This document shows, piece by piece, positions 26,007 to 37,787 of a stretch of 64,000 nt of DNA. A program made the translations under genes and the position numbers. Origin of the DNA: Desulfuromonadales bacterium (GTDB taxonomy: Bacteria; Desulfobacterota; Desulfuromonadia; Desulfuromonadales; SZUA-540); assembly GCA_033549025.1 (NCBI GenBank), contig JAWSUS010000003.1, positions 1-64,000 of the forward strand, in the 5' to 3' direction. Below the pieces are notes generated by a model, which saw only the letters and a program-made list of their open reading frames with translations, made no database searches and was not told where the DNA came from. Position 1 is the first letter of the stretch. Each line of letters opens with the position of its first letter.

Positions 26007-27377
26007 CTAGGCGCCATCATCCCTTCTGGTCTGATTTTCAAAACGGGTGTATTCACCGCGAAAGGTCAGATGCACGGTCCCGATGGGACCGTTACGCTGC
26101 TTCCCAATAACAATTTCAGCATCTTTTTCGTGCCCTTTTTCACAGGAATTGTCGCGTTTTTTACACGCTTCGCAGTAAACCGCCTCACGGTAAATAAACA
26201 TGATCACGTCGGCATCCTGCTCGATCGCGCCCGATTCACGCAAATCAGCCATAATAGGACGCTTATCGGTACGATTTTCCAGTGAACGATTGAGCTGGGA
26301 AAGCGCAATGACAGGCACATTAAGTTCCTTGGCCAGCGCTTTAAGCGAGCGAGATATCTCCGATATTTCCTGCTGACGGTTTTCGGCGTTGTGGCCACGC
26401 ATGAGCTGGAGGTAGTCAACCACGATAAGCCCGAGGCCCTTGTCCGCTTTCAAACGGCGGCACTTGGCCCGCAGCTCGAGAATAGAAATGGCAGGGGTGT
26501 CATCGATATAGATGGGGGCTTCACTGAGAAAACCGGCCCCATTGGTAAGTTTGGGCCAGTCTGAATCTCCCAGATGACCAGTGCGCAAACGGCTGGCGTC
26601 GACCTTGGCAATGGAGCAGAGCATCCTCTGCACCAACTGCTCTTTGCTCATTTCCAGAGAAAAGACGATTGCGGGTGTGACGGTCTTGGCGTGGACGGAG
26701 GCATTCTCCACCAGGTTAAGGACAAAAGCGGTCTTCCCCATGGAGGGACGTGCCGCAATGATGATCAGATCCCCACCCTGCAGACCGGCGGTCATCTGAT
26801 CGAGGTCCAGAAAGCCCGTAGGAACGCCGGTGACCAACTCTTTGCGATCGTAGAGCTTCTCTATCGCTTTAAAGGTGTCCTTCAGAATCTCTTTGGTCGA
26901 AAAATAGGATGGCCGGGTCTTCATCCCGGTGATATCGAAAATCGATTTTTCCGCCCAATCGAGGGTAGACTCCATGTCCCCCCCCTCATAGCCGCGGGTA
27001 GCGATTTCGGTAGCCACCTCGATCAGGTGGCGGGCCATGGCTTTTTCTTTGACCAGGCGGCAGTAGTAGGTGATGTTGGCGGCCGTGGGAACGTAATCGA
27101 CCAGGGTGGAGAGGTAACTCCCCCCGCCGACCGCGTCAAGTTCGCCATTTTGCTGAAGAGCGGCGCTGAGAGTAACTAGATCGGCAGGCTCCCCGCGTTC
27201 AGAGAGTTCAATCAGGGTTTTGAATATTTTTCGGTGACTTTCCCGATAAAAGTCTTCAGGAACGAGGATCTCCAGCGCTTTGTTCAGCGCCTGGTTTTCA
27301 AGGAGAATGCCGCCGAGAACAGACATTTCCCCTTCGAGATACTGGGGAGGAAGCCGATGAGACGGTAGTTTATCCAT
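26007..27377 (-). CDS. dnaB: Replicative DNA helicase
   Basis: AARPSMGKT, FSLEM, VDYLQLM, LSQLNR, LRESGAIEQDAD, KQRNGP. Confidence 0.97.
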   Translation of the reverse strand: MDKLPSHRLPPQYLEGEMSVLGGILLENQALNKALEILVPEDFYRESHRKIFKTLIELSERGEPADLVTLSAALQQNGELDAVGGGSYLSTLVDYVPTAANITYYCRLVKEKAMARHLIEVATEIATRGYEGGDMESTLDWAEKSIFDITGMKTRPSYFSTKEILKDTFKAIEKLYDRKELVTGVPTGFLDLDQMTAGLQGGDLIIIAARPSMGKTAFVLNLVENASVHAKTVTPAIVFSLEMSKEQLVQRMLCSIAKVDASRLRTGHLGDSDWPKLTNGAGFLSEAPIYIDDTPAISILELRAKCRRLKADKGLGLIVVDYLQLMRGHNAENRQQEISEISRSLKALAKELNVPVIALSQLNRSLENRTDKRPIMADLRESGAIEQDADVIMFIYREAVYCEACKKRDNSCEKGHEKDAEIVIGKQRNGPIGTVHLTFRGEYTRFENQTRRDDGA

Positions 27378-27459
27378 TCATCAACACCGGGTCGCAGGTG
27401 AAAAGAGAAAAAGAAGAAAGGGGAAGGAACGACTGCTCCCTCCCCTTTTGGAGCGCATT

Positions 27460-27906
27460 TTACTCGGCAGCGACAACGTTGACCTTGATGGTGGCCACAA
27501 CGCCGGCCTGCAGTTTAACAGGCACCTCGTGGGTTCCGAGTGTTTTGATCGGCTCGTCGAGCTGAATCTTTTTGCGATCAATCTCAATCCCGGCTTCCTT
27601 GAGTTTGGCTTCAATTTCCATCGTGGTGACGGCGCCGTAAAGCTTGCCTTCCTCACCGGCCCGGTGGCTGATCACACAGGTGGCCGCCTCAATTTTCCCC
27701 TTAAGGAGATTAGCCGCCTCGGTAATTTTTTCCATCTTGCGAGCCATCTGGCGCTTCTGGTGTTCCAGTTCTTTGATGTTCCGGGTGTTGGCTTCCATGG
27801 CCAGACCATGGGGCACCAGGTAATTGCGGGCATAACCGGGCTTTACTTTAACCATGTCCCCGATATTGCCGAGGTTTTCTACGTTCTCTGTAAGGATGAT
27901 TTCCAT
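27460..27906 (-). CDS. rplI: 50S ribosomal protein L9
   Basis: VKVKPGYARNYLVP, GKLYGAVT. Confidence 0.97.
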   Translation of the reverse strand: MEIILTENVENLGNIGDMVKVKPGYARNYLVPHGLAMEANTRNIKELEHQKRQMARKMEKITEAANLLKGKIEAATCVISHRAGEEGKLYGAVTTMEIEAKLKEAGIEIDRKKIQLDEPIKTLGTHEVPVKLQAGVVATIKVNVVAAE

Positions 27907-27927
27907 CGATCTCCTCCTGAAAAGGAT

Positions 27928-28854
27928 CTACGTTTCTTTAATTTTGGGTTTCCTGAAATCCGCCCATAAATCGAAAATTCCAAAGCCGGTGACAACCATA
28001 GGCAATGGGTTGAGAAAAAAAATGAGAAGATATCCCATAACCCTGAAACCGGTTGAAATATTCTTCCGGATAAAAAAGTAACTGACAATGGCCAATCCCT
28101 GTAAAAAATAGATTGGCAACACAACCGCAAGCAGGTTGAGTGAAACGACGTCGATAAGACCGTCGAACAGCACCACACCAAATCCTCCCCCGATCAGGAT
28201 CCAGACCAGAAGCGGGGACGCCTTCCATAAATGAAAGGGTGGACCGGATATGGCATATCCCCCCCGTGAAAAACGCGAGAGAAGATAAACCAGCAACAGC
28301 AGGATTCCCCAGGTGACCGTGATGGCCAACGCCGGATAGGCCTGCAGAAGAAAGTCCCCCAGACTCCGGAGCACCTGTTCGAGCTCTGCCGTCTGTTGGG
28401 GTGAAACATCAGACTGCTGGTATACCTGCAGGGCCTGATCAACCTCTTTCTGTACATAATCGGCGGCAATCTGTCGAACCGATATTCCTTTGCTGCCCGC
28501 ATAAAATCCGAGGGCCATGGCTGCTAGGACAACCAGGCTCAGAGTCGTAACAATCACAGCCCGGTCCCAGGGCCAGAACCGGCGCAGAAGCAGGGGCAGC
28601 AGAAAGGAAGCCAGGCCAAACTGGAGAAAATAGCCCAGTGCAGTGGCAGGATCGCCGGTAGCGGCCAAGAGAACCGTGGCGGCAGCGACAATACCTCCCC
28701 CCAGCTGTGCCCCAAACCTCATATGCACATAGGCTGCTGGAAACGGCACCAGCAAGGCCAGCAGCACGCCTCCTGCACCCAAAGAGGACGAGACCATCTG
28801 CAACAGAATGGTCAGAACGATACTCCCGAAAAAAAAGAGACCGCGCTGTCCCAT
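27928..28854 (-). CDS. YybS/DUF2232 family membrane protein
   Basis: Polytopic membrane protein with YFLQGLAI and GIFDLWADFRK; located between rpsR and rplI. Confidence 0.85.
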   Translation of the reverse strand: MGQRGLFFFGSIVLTILLQMVSSSLGAGGVLLALLVPFPAAYVHMRFGAQLGGGIVAAATVLLAATGDPATALGYFLQFGLASFLLPLLLRRFWPWDRAVIVTTLSLVVLAAMALGFYAGSKGISVRQIAADYVQKEVDQALQVYQQSDVSPQQTAELEQVLRSLGDFLLQAYPALAITVTWGILLLLVYLLSRFSRGGYAISGPPFHLWKASPLLVWILIGGGFGVVLFDGLIDVVSLNLLAVVLPIYFLQGLAIVSYFFIRKNISTGFRVMGYLLIFFLNPLPMVVTGFGIFDLWADFRKPKIKET

Positions 28855-28880
28855 GTTAACGCTCTCGTCCTGAGGCAACC

Positions 28881-29162
28881 TTAGTCAATGGCATGTCCGG
28901 CGGTGAAGGGCAGCAGTGCGATATTGCGGGCTCGCTTGATGGCCTCGCACACCTTGCGCTGATGCTCGGCGCAGTTGCCGGAAATCCGCCGGGGCACGAT
29001 TTTACCGCGCTCAGAAATGAAATAGCGCAGAGTGCGGATTTCTTTATAGTCGATCTTCATGGTCTTGTCGGCACAGAAGCGGCAGCCCTTGCGACGGACA
29101 AAACGTCTTCTCGGCGCTCCTGCGCCTGCAGGTCTTCTTCCAGCGGGTTTTTCAAAAGCCAT
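28881..29162 (-). CDS. rpsR: 30S ribosomal protein S18
   Basis: [30 protein letters not shown]. Confidence 0.97.
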   Translation of the reverse strand: MAFEKPAGRRPAGAGAPRRRFVRRKGCRFCADKTMKIDYKEIRTLRYFISERGKIVPRRISGNCAEHQRKVCEAIKRARNIALLPFTAGHAID

Positions 29163-29208
29163 TTGTTATATCCTCCGTATAGATGGTCACGTTGTCGTTT
29201 CGAGAGAT

Positions 29209-29568
29209 TTATTCCGCTTTTTCTTCCTGTTCGACTGCTGCTTCGGCCTCTTGCGCCTCGGCAGGAGCAGAGGCCTCAAACCCCTTTTCCAGGTACACCG
29301 TCTGAAACTTCATGATGTTTTCATCAATCCGCATACGGCGCTCGAACTCCTTGATGACCTCGGGCTGAGCCTCGAATACAGTCAGGACATAACTCCCGCG
29401 GGTTTGTTTCTTGATGGGATAGGCCATTTTCCGGACACCCCATTCATCCACTTTGATGATACTGGCGCCCTGTTCGGTCAGGACTCCCTTGAATTTGTCA
29501 ACGATCGCGGCATAGGCATCACCGGTCGCTTCGGGGTTGACGATGTAGATTGTTTCGTAGGTACGCAT
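29209..29568 (-). CDS. rpsF: 30S ribosomal protein S6
   Basis: MRTYETIYIVNP, WGVRKMAYPIKK. Confidence 0.96.
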   Translation of the reverse strand: MRTYETIYIVNPEATGDAYAAIVDKFKGVLTEQGASIIKVDEWGVRKMAYPIKKQTRGSYVLTVFEAQPEVIKEFERRMRIDENIMKFQTVYLEKGFEASAPAEAQEAEAAVEQEEKAE

Positions 29569-29571
29569 TCG

Positions 29572-29625
29572 TGTTACCTCCTCGTGGGTTAAATAGCCCC
29601 GGCACCAATCCGGAGCAAGGAGCGA
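29572..29625 (-). promoter_or_regulatory. Putative S6:S18 ribosomal protein leader
   Basis: Minus strand CTCCTTGC...CCC..GAGGAGG; the 5' CTCCT can pair with the rpsF SD sequence, as in the described S6:S18-binding leader. Confidence 0.45.
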
Positions 29626-29702
29626 ACGCCACAGCGGCATCCGTTCTTAGACAAATTTGACTTTCTATCACAAATCAAGATTCTTTTCAATCCTTAAGCG
29701 GC

Positions 29703-30797
<1,095 letters not shown>

Positions 30798-30881
30798 GCT
30801 TTGCGTTCTCACTATAAAAGAAGATAGCCGGGAACAGTGTCCCGGCTATCCATGGTTAACCACTGGGCGTATAGCCCCGAT

Positions 30882-32906
30882 TTAGACGAGCAGAGGAGCA
30901 ATGACCAGGGCCACTACGCTCATCAGCTTGATGAGAATGTTCATGGCCGGACCCGAAGTATCTTTGAACGGGTCGCCAACCGTGTCACCGACAACTGCGG
31001 CCTTATGCGCCTCGCCACCTTTTTTCTCACCAGCGAGTTCACCTTTTTCAATGTATTTCTTGGCGTTATCCCAAGCCCCGCCGCCATTGGACATCATCAG
31101 GGCCAGCAGAACACCGGCAACCGTGGCACCAGCCAGCATACCACCGAGGGCCTCGGCACCGAGGGTGAAACCAATGACTACAGGGGCGACAACGGCGACA
31201 ACGCCGGGCAGAATCATCTCTTTCAGGGCCGCGCGAGCAGAAATGTCGACACACTTCTCAGGCTCAGGCTTGACGCCTTCCTTGCCTTCGAGCAGGCCGG
31301 GAATTTCGCGGAACTGGCGGCGGATCTCATCAACCATCTTACCGGCAGCGCGGCCAACGCTCGTCATGGTAAGAGCGCCAATAAAGAAAGGCAGCGCGCC
31401 ACCAATAAGCATCCCGATAACGGTCAAGGGATTGATCAGATTGATTGACGTGAGTCCGACGGTGGTCGCATAGGCCGAGAAAAGGGCCAGAGCCGTCAGG
31501 GCAGCCGAACCGATAGCAAAACCTTTGCCGATGGCAGCCGTGGTGTTGCCGATAGCGTCGAGGCCATCGGTAATCTTGCGCACGTCGGGACCAAGCCCGG
31601 CCATTTCGGAAATACCACCGGCATTGTCGGCGATAGGACCGTAGGCGTCGACGGTCATGGTCACACCGACCGTCGCGAGCATGCCAACAGCGGCGATACC
31701 AATGCCGTAGAGGCCGGCAAAGTAGTTGGCAATAAAAATGCCGACAGCGATGATAATAATGGGTGCTGCGGTGCTCTCGAGGCCGACAGCCAGGCCATGA
31801 ATAATGTTGGTCGCCGGGCCGGTCTTGCTGGCCTCAGCGATGCGAGCGACCGGAGTGGAGGCGGTGTAGTACTCGGTTATCTGACCGATGGCGATGCCAG
31901 CCAGAGTGCCGGCGAGAATCGCCCAGAACACACCGTTAGAGATATGCAGGCCCCTGACGATAAAGAATGCGGCCACAAGGAAACCACCGGCAGCAACGAA
32001 GGTTGTATAGTGCAGGGCCTTGGCGGGATCCATGGATTTGAGAAGCTTCATGGAACCGATGCCGATGACGGAGAAGATCAGGCCGACCATGGCCAGGGCC
32101 AGCGGCAGCAGCATGGCGTTGGCCTGAATGACGCTGAGCTCGACGCCCGGAACCGACAGGTGAGTCAGCAGTTCGGTGCTGGCCGCAGCGGCAATCGCAA
32201 TGGTAGCGATAATGGAACCGACGTAAGATTCAAAAATATCGGCGCCCATGCCGGCCGTGTCGCCGACGCAGTCACCGACGTTGTCAGCAATAACGCCAGG
32301 GTTGCGGGGGTCATCCTCAGGGATGCCGGCCTCAACCTTGCCGACCAGGTCGGCACCGACGTCAGCTGCCTTGGTATAGATGCCGCCGCCCACGCGGGCG
32401 AACAGGGCGATAGAAGAGGCGCCCATGGCGAAACCGTTAATGTAACGGGCGTGCTCAGCATCACCAAACAGAATAAAGGCGATGCCAACACCGACCAGAC
32501 CGAGGGAAGCAACGGACATCCCCATGACGGCGCCGCCGTTGAAGGAGACCTCCAGAGCTTTGGCCTGACCGGACTGGCGAGCGGCCTCGGCCGTGCGCAC
32601 GTTGGCACGGGTGGCAGCCTTCATGCCGATAAAGCCGCAGATCATTGAACAGATCGCGCCACCGAGAAAGGCAAAAGCGGTCTGGGGACCCATGCCGGCA
32701 AAAATAAGGAAGAAAACCAACACGATAAAGATAGCGAGAACCTTGTACTCCCTGCGCAGGAAGGCCATGGCCCCAGCGTGAATCGCTTCAGAAATTTCCT
32801 TCATTTTTTCGTTGCCGACCGGCTGGCCTTTAACCATGCCATACAGCACGATGGCAATGACGAAACCGATCACCCCCAGAATGGGTGCATACATTTGCAG
32901 TTCCAT
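30882..32906 (-). CDS. hppA: Membrane-bound Na+/H+-translocating pyrophosphatase (K+-dependent signature)
   Basis: [40 protein letters not shown]. Confidence 0.95.
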   Translation of the reverse strand: MELQMYAPILGVIGFVIAIVLYGMVKGQPVGNEKMKEISEAIHAGAMAFLRREYKVLAIFIVLVFFLIFAGMGPQTAFAFLGGAICSMICGFIGMKAATRANVRTAEAARQSGQAKALEVSFNGGAVMGMSVASLGLVGVGIAFILFGDAEHARYINGFAMGASSIALFARVGGGIYTKAADVGADLVGKVEAGIPEDDPRNPGVIADNVGDCVGDTAGMGADIFESYVGSIIATIAIAAAASTELLTHLSVPGVELSVIQANAMLLPLALAMVGLIFSVIGIGSMKLLKSMDPAKALHYTTFVAAGGFLVAAFFIVRGLHISNGVFWAILAGTLAGIAIGQITEYYTASTPVARIAEASKTGPATNIIHGLAVGLESTAAPIIIIAVGIFIANYFAGLYGIGIAAVGMLATVGVTMTVDAYGPIADNAGGISEMAGLGPDVRKITDGLDAIGNTTAAIGKGFAIGSAALTALALFSAYATTVGLTSINLINPLTVIGMLIGGALPFFIGALTMTSVGRAAGKMVDEIRRQFREIPGLLEGKEGVKPEPEKCVDISARAALKEMILPGVVAVVAPVVIGFTLGAEALGGMLAGATVAGVLLALMMSNGGGAWDNAKKYIEKGELAGEKKGGEAHKAAVVGDTVGDPFKDTSGPAMNILIKLMSVVALVIAPLLV

Positions 32907-32936
32907 GTTGTTTCGTTCCCTCTCTTTCCTCTGATT

Positions 32937-33512
32937 TTAATTGCGAACTTCTCGACTATTGAATTCGTTCATGGCACGCTCAGCCCCCTTTTCGAGAACT
33001 GCCTCCACGGCCATGGCTGCATCTTCAAGTACATCCTCAAGGCTCTGTCGCTCTTTCGCCGAAAAAGGACTGAGCACATAACCGGCGACATCTCCGCCAG
33101 GAGCAGGCCTACCGACACCGATCTTGACCCGGACAAAATCACCTGTGCCCAACACCTGCCGGATATGGCGAATACCGTTGTGACCGCCATGTCCTCCCCC
33201 TCGTTTAATCTTGAGGGCGCCGAAGGGCAGATCGATATCGTCATGGACGACAATCAAATCCCCCGGCTCAACACCGAGGGATTTGCAGGCGGAACCTACG
33301 CTGGCTCCGCTGAGGTTCATAAAGGTTTGGGGGAGAAGCAGGGTAACCTCTTCTCCAGCAACGCGGCCCGTCGCGTAAATCGCCTGGTGACCGCTTTTTT
33401 TCAGGGAGGTGCCGGAGCGCTCAGCGACTTTCTGGACAGCAAGAAAACCGATATTGTGTCTCGTGCCGGCATATTTGCTGCCGGGGTTTCCCAGCCCAGC
33501 CACCAACTTCAA
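32937..33512 (-). CDS. pth: Peptidyl-tRNA hydrolase
   Basis: GLGNPG, TRHNIGF, FMNLSG, HDDID, GGHNG. Confidence 0.97.
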   Translation of the reverse strand: MKLVAGLGNPGSKYAGTRHNIGFLAVQKVAERSGTSLKKSGHQAIYATGRVAGEEVTLLLPQTFMNLSGASVGSACKSLGVEPGDLIVVHDDIDLPFGALKIKRGGGHGGHNGIRHIRQVLGTGDFVRVKIGVGRPAPGGDVAGYVLSPFSAKERQSLEDVLEDAAMAVEAVLEKGAERAMNEFNSREVRN

Positions 33513-33514
33513 GA

Positions 33515-34120
33515 TCAGGCCTCTTCAACCGCCTCTTCAGCAGCACCCTCTTCTTCCTCACTCTTGCGGCCAGTCACGGTGATAACCGTGAAATTGACAT
33601 CGTGAGGCACCTGGATCCCTTCCGAAAGCACGAGGTCTTCAACGTGAAGAACATCACCGATATTCATTTCGGTCACGTCGACCTCAATCGCCGCAGGGAT
33701 CGCCGAGGGGAGGCAGACCACTTCCAATTCGTGGCGGATGACCTGCAGGTTGCCGCCCTCTTTTTCGCCCTTGGATTTTCCGACAGGGTGAACGGGAACC
33801 ATGACATGCGTCTTCTTGCCCATTTCAATGGCTTGAAAATCGGCATGCATCATATCACGACGGATAGGATCAACCTGCAGATCCTTGATGATGACCACCT
33901 TGCCTTCAACCTCCGGTACACCCTTGAGAGAAATGAGGGTATTCCAGCCGGCCTCGGTCGCTATGGCCTCCTGCAGAGCTTTCGGCTCTACCGTCACGGA
34001 ACAGGGTTCCATACCTTTTCCATAGACGACAGCGGGAATCCGCTCCTGCCGGCGAAGGCTACGTGCGCCACCTTTTCCGATTCTTTCACGTGCAGAGACG
34101 ACCAGTTCCGTATTTGCCAT
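33515..34120 (-). CDS. rplY: 50S ribosomal protein L25/Ctc
   Basis: GKGGARSLRR, IPAVVYG, HADF; long Ctc form. Confidence 0.95.
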   Translation of the reverse strand: MANTELVVSARERIGKGGARSLRRQERIPAVVYGKGMEPCSVTVEPKALQEAIATEAGWNTLISLKGVPEVEGKVVIIKDLQVDPIRRDMMHADFQAIEMGKKTHVMVPVHPVGKSKGEKEGGNLQVIRHELEVVCLPSAIPAAIEVDVTEMNIGDVLHVEDLVLSEGIQVPHDVNFTVITVTGRKSEEEEGAAEEAVEEA

Positions 34121-34189
34121 TGATTGTTCCTCCATAAATTTGTGCTGCCAGCTGGCAACCAAACCAACTATCTTGAATTATTGACCTAT

Positions 34190-35131
34190 CTAAATAAACA
34201 ACGAGCTGACTGACTCATCGCCATGGATGCGGCGAATGGATTCAGCCAGTATTTCTGCCACGGAAAGAACGCGCAGCTTCGAGCAGGTCGACAGCTTGTC
34301 CTGAACGGGGATCGTGTTGGTGATCACCACTTCCTCGAGGCAGCTGTCACTGATCCGCTCAAGGGCGGGTCCGGAAAGGACGGCATGAGTGGCACAGGCA
34401 TAGACAGCGGCAGCGCCCTTCTCTTTCAGAGCCTGGGCCGCCTGGCAAAGCGTTCCCGCCGTGTCGATCATATCGTCGACGATAATGCAGGTCTCCCCCT
34501 TGACATCACCAATGATGTGCATAACTTCGGAGACATTGGGCCCGCTGCGACGTTTGTCGATAATGGCCAGACCGGCGTCGAGCCGTTTGGCGTACGCCCT
34601 GGCTCTTTCCGTTCCTCCCGCATCGGGCGACACGACCACCACGCGGCCGGGGAAACGGGCACAGACATCCGCAAGGATAACCGGAGCCGCGTAGAGATGA
34701 TCGACGGGAATATTGAAAAACCCCTGGATCTGACCGGCGTGCAGATCCATCGTCAACACGCGGTCGGCGCCCGCTGTACTGACCAAATCAGCAACGAGCT
34801 TGCTGGTGATCGGGGTCCGCGGCGCGACTTTACGATCCTGGCGGGCATAGCCAAAATAGGGTACAACCGCTGTGATCCTGGCTGCCGATGCCCTCTTGAG
34901 GGCATCCATCATGATCAGAAGCTCCATGATGTTGTGGTTGGACGGCGCACAGGTTGACTGAACGACATAGACGTCCCTGCCGCGCACATTCTCGCCGACC
35001 TCCACCATGATCTCCCCGTCAGAGAAGGTTTTGACCTTGGCGTTGCCCAGAGGTACGGCCAATTGGCCACAGATCTCACGGGCCAAAGGAATATTGGCAT
35101 TGCCGGAAAATATCTTCAGCTTGTCCACCAT
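34190..35131 (-). CDS. prs: Ribose-phosphate pyrophosphokinase
   Basis: [43 protein letters not shown]. Confidence 0.97.
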   Translation of the reverse strand: MVDKLKIFSGNANIPLAREICGQLAVPLGNAKVKTFSDGEIMVEVGENVRGRDVYVVQSTCAPSNHNIMELLIMMDALKRASAARITAVVPYFGYARQDRKVAPRTPITSKLVADLVSTAGADRVLTMDLHAGQIQGFFNIPVDHLYAAPVILADVCARFPGRVVVVSPDAGGTERARAYAKRLDAGLAIIDKRRSGPNVSEVMHIIGDVKGETCIIVDDMIDTAGTLCQAAQALKEKGAAAVYACATHAVLSGPALERISDSCLEEVVITNTIPVQDKLSTCSKLRVLSVAEILAESIRRIHGDESVSSLFI

Positions 35132-35257
35132 GGACCCCCACCGGTAGCTTGGAAAAAGTTGTAGGCCATGGAAACCCATGACCTAACCGAAAAAAGAAGT
35201 GATATCGGATATCTGAAGCTCTCAAACCGGACAAGGGCCTGAGGCCTGATAGATAAG

Positions 35258-35332
35258 TGGCTGGGGCGCCAGGATTCGAACCTGGGAATGCCGGAATCAA
35301 AATCCGGTGCCTTACCGCTTGGCGACGCCCCA
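35258..35332 (-). tRNA. tRNA-Gln(TTG)
   Basis: TGGGGCGTCGCCAAGCGGTAAGGCACCGGATTTTGATTCCGGCATTCCCAGGTTCGAATCCTGGCGCCCCAGCCA cloverleaf; usual ispE-tRNA-prs position. Confidence 0.97.
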
Positions 35333-35364
35333 TCAAATAAGCAATATCTTTCCCACTGAAACAG

Positions 35365-36210
35365 CTATACAGGCCGAACGGTCTCGGCTCGCCAACCCTG
35401 ATGCTCAAGACGGATTTTTCTGCAGGCCGTTTCAGCCTCCGCCTGGTCGTGAAAGACCCCGAAGACCGTCGGACCGCTACCCGACATCAACACGGCCAGG
35501 GCTCCCAGCTCGGACAGCCGTGATTTGACTAGGCCGACCTCCGGGTACCGCGACAGGGTTACCCGCTCAAGATCATTAACCACAAAAGACTTGAAATCTT
35601 GAGCTGTTTTGGGAAACCCGGGTAATCTATACTCATCCACCAGGCTTGTCAACCCCAAATTTTGATAAACCCAGGCCGTGGAAACAGCCACCCCGGGATT
35701 GACCAATACATACCACACATCAGGCAGGGGCTGCGGAAGAGGTTGCAGAAGATCGCCGATTCCCCGCGCGATTGCCGGCTGCCCATACAGGAAAAACGGC
35801 ACATCGGCCCCCAGAGAAGACCCGATTGACATCAACTCATCGCGAGACAAGCCAGCACCCAACATATCGTTCAATCCCTGCAGCACCGCAGCCGCATCAG
35901 AAGACCCGCCACCGAGGCCAGCCGCCACCGGAATATTCTTCTCAACAACCAGGTCAACACCCCACTCTTTCCCGAGGCGATCGATGAGCACCTCGGCAGC
36001 CCGGGCCGCAATATTTTTGGTGCCCGGCAAAAGGTCGACCCCCGGACAGGATACCCTCACACCCGGCACCTTCGACAGAGACAGCTCAATACGGTCATAC
36101 AGAGAGACGCACTGCATCACCATACACAGATCGTGATAGCCATCCTCGCGCTTACTAAGAACCTGCAGGCGTAAATTAATTTTAGCCGGAGCCAGAAAAA
36201 CCCGCTTCAC
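35365..36210 (-). CDS. ispE: 4-diphosphocytidyl-2-C-methyl-D-erythritol kinase
   Basis: APAKINL, KNIPVAAGLGGGSSDAA, GADVPFF, MSGSGPTVF; GTG start after GGAGG. Confidence 0.95.
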   Translation of the reverse strand: MKRVFLAPAKINLRLQVLSKREDGYHDLCMVMQCVSLYDRIELSLSKVPGVRVSCPGVDLLPGTKNIAARAAEVLIDRLGKEWGVDLVVEKNIPVAAGLGGGSSDAAAVLQGLNDMLGAGLSRDELMSIGSSLGADVPFFLYGQPAIARGIGDLLQPLPQPLPDVWYVLVNPGVAVSTAWVYQNLGLTSLVDEYRLPGFPKTAQDFKSFVVNDLERVTLSRYPEVGLVKSRLSELGALAVLMSGSGPTVFGVFHDQAEAETACRKIRLEHQGWRAETVRPV

Positions 36211-36444
36211 CGCCACCTCCGCAAAAAAACGATTACCTCTTGAGGCACGCATCATTTGCGATGATTCAACAAATGTCAAGCCGCCACTCTCAAAAAAACA
36301 CCAGCCGCAAAGGTCAAAATTGGCCACATTGGCTCTTTTTCGCCAGACAAAACAACGGCCCCGCCCTGAACATCCACGCCACCAAGATCCGTCCACCCTC
36401 GCGACAGAACCACCTGAGCGTAAAATACAAACGCTTTTTTAAAA

Positions 36445-36460
36445 TGGCACAGTAATCGCA
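36445..36460 (+). promoter_or_regulatory. Possible sigma54 (-24/-12) promoter upstream of the TAXI operon
   Basis: TGGCAC-AGTAA-TCGCA versus consensus TGGCAC-N5-TTGCW. Confidence 0.3.
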
Positions 36461-36679
36461 GACGTCTTTCAGCCACATCGGCTTGGCCATCCCCCTCAAA
36501 AGAAGCCTCACAGGGGAAAAACCAGCTCGTTCGCCTGCAGTAAATGATTGCAAAACATCAGTTCCCGTGTATATTTAATCCACCTTGGGGCCCGGCATTT
36601 TATACACGCTTTTTTCGGGTTCCAAGGAACAGAATATTGTTGTTTTATTTAACCCCCAACATTGTACAGGAGGAAAAAC

Positions 36680-37678
36680 ATGATCAAAACAGCAAGACTT
36701 ATGTCCCTCACGCTTTCAGCACTGCTGGTGGCGGCCATGACACTGGTCCCAAACATTGGCCACGCCCAGAAAACCCGCCTGGCTTTCTCCGGCGGCCCTG
36801 ACGGCGGCACCTTCCAGTATTTCTCCAACGGCATGGCCACCCGCCTTTCCAAAACCATCCCGAATGTCGAAGTCTCCAATATGGCTTCGGCCGGTTCCGT
36901 GGAAAACCTCCGCCGCGTTAACTCCGGCGAGGCCGATTTCGGCATTTCCTATTCGGGCGACACCTATCTGGCCCGTACCGGTCAACTGCCCAAAGACACC
37001 CGCAAATACGAGAACGTCCATGCCCTGGCCTATCTTTATGGGGCCCCGGCTCACCTGATCGTGCTTGACGGCAGCGGCATCAACGCCGTCAGCGATCTGG
37101 CTGGCAAGCGCATTGCCGTCGGTGGCGCAGGTTCCGGCGCCGCCGCCTCGGCCCAGCGTTATTTCGAGGCCCTTGGCTTGTGGGATAAGATGAATGTCGA
37201 GTTCATCGGCTACAGCAAGGCCGCCTCGGCTCTCGGCGACAAACTTATCGACGCTATGTGGGTATTTGCCGGCTTCCCCAACTCTTCGGTCATCCAGGCC
37301 GCGGCCAGCAACAAGATCAAGATTCTCAGCCTCTACGAAGCGGGTGAAAAAGGCGGCGCTTTCAAGAAGTATCCCTTCTACTCCCCGGTCACCATCCCCG
37401 CCGGCACCTACAGCGGCATCGACTACGACGTCAAAACCTTTCAGGATTCCGCCCTCTGGGTGGCCGGCAAGCACGTCGACAGCGAAGTCATCTATCAGGT
37501 GACCAAAGACATCTTCACCCCCGAAGGCCTTTCCTACCTGGTTAAAGTGAAGAGCACCGCCAAGGCCATGAGCGTTGAAGGGGCCCTCACCGGCATCGTC
37601 ACCCCGGTTCATGAAGGCGCCGAAAAACTCTGGAAGGAAAAGGGCCTGACCCTGACCCCCGAGCAGACTGCCCGCTAA
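36680..37678 (+). CDS. TAXI family TRAP transporter solute-binding protein
   Basis: Signal peptide, GGPDGGTF, SAGSVEN, IPAGTY, PVHEGA. Confidence 0.92.
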   Translation: MIKTARLMSLTLSALLVAAMTLVPNIGHAQKTRLAFSGGPDGGTFQYFSNGMATRLSKTIPNVEVSNMASAGSVENLRRVNSGEADFGISYSGDTYLARTGQLPKDTRKYENVHALAYLYGAPAHLIVLDGSGINAVSDLAGKRIAVGGAGSGAAASAQRYFEALGLWDKMNVEFIGYSKAASALGDKLIDAMWVFAGFPNSSVIQAAASNKIKILSLYEAGEKGGAFKKYPFYSPVTIPAGTYSGIDYDVKTFQDSALWVAGKHVDSEVIYQVTKDIFTPEGLSYLVKVKSTAKAMSVEGALTGIVTPVHEGAEKLWKEKGLTLTPEQTAR

Positions 37679-37787
37679 TCGCGAGGACACCTGACACATT
37701 ATCTTGACGCAACCACCTGAAAGCGGGGCTGACCATTCGGCCCCGCTTTCCATCTGCCCGCACCCTAGCCTTTTCTAGAGAGCCTGT

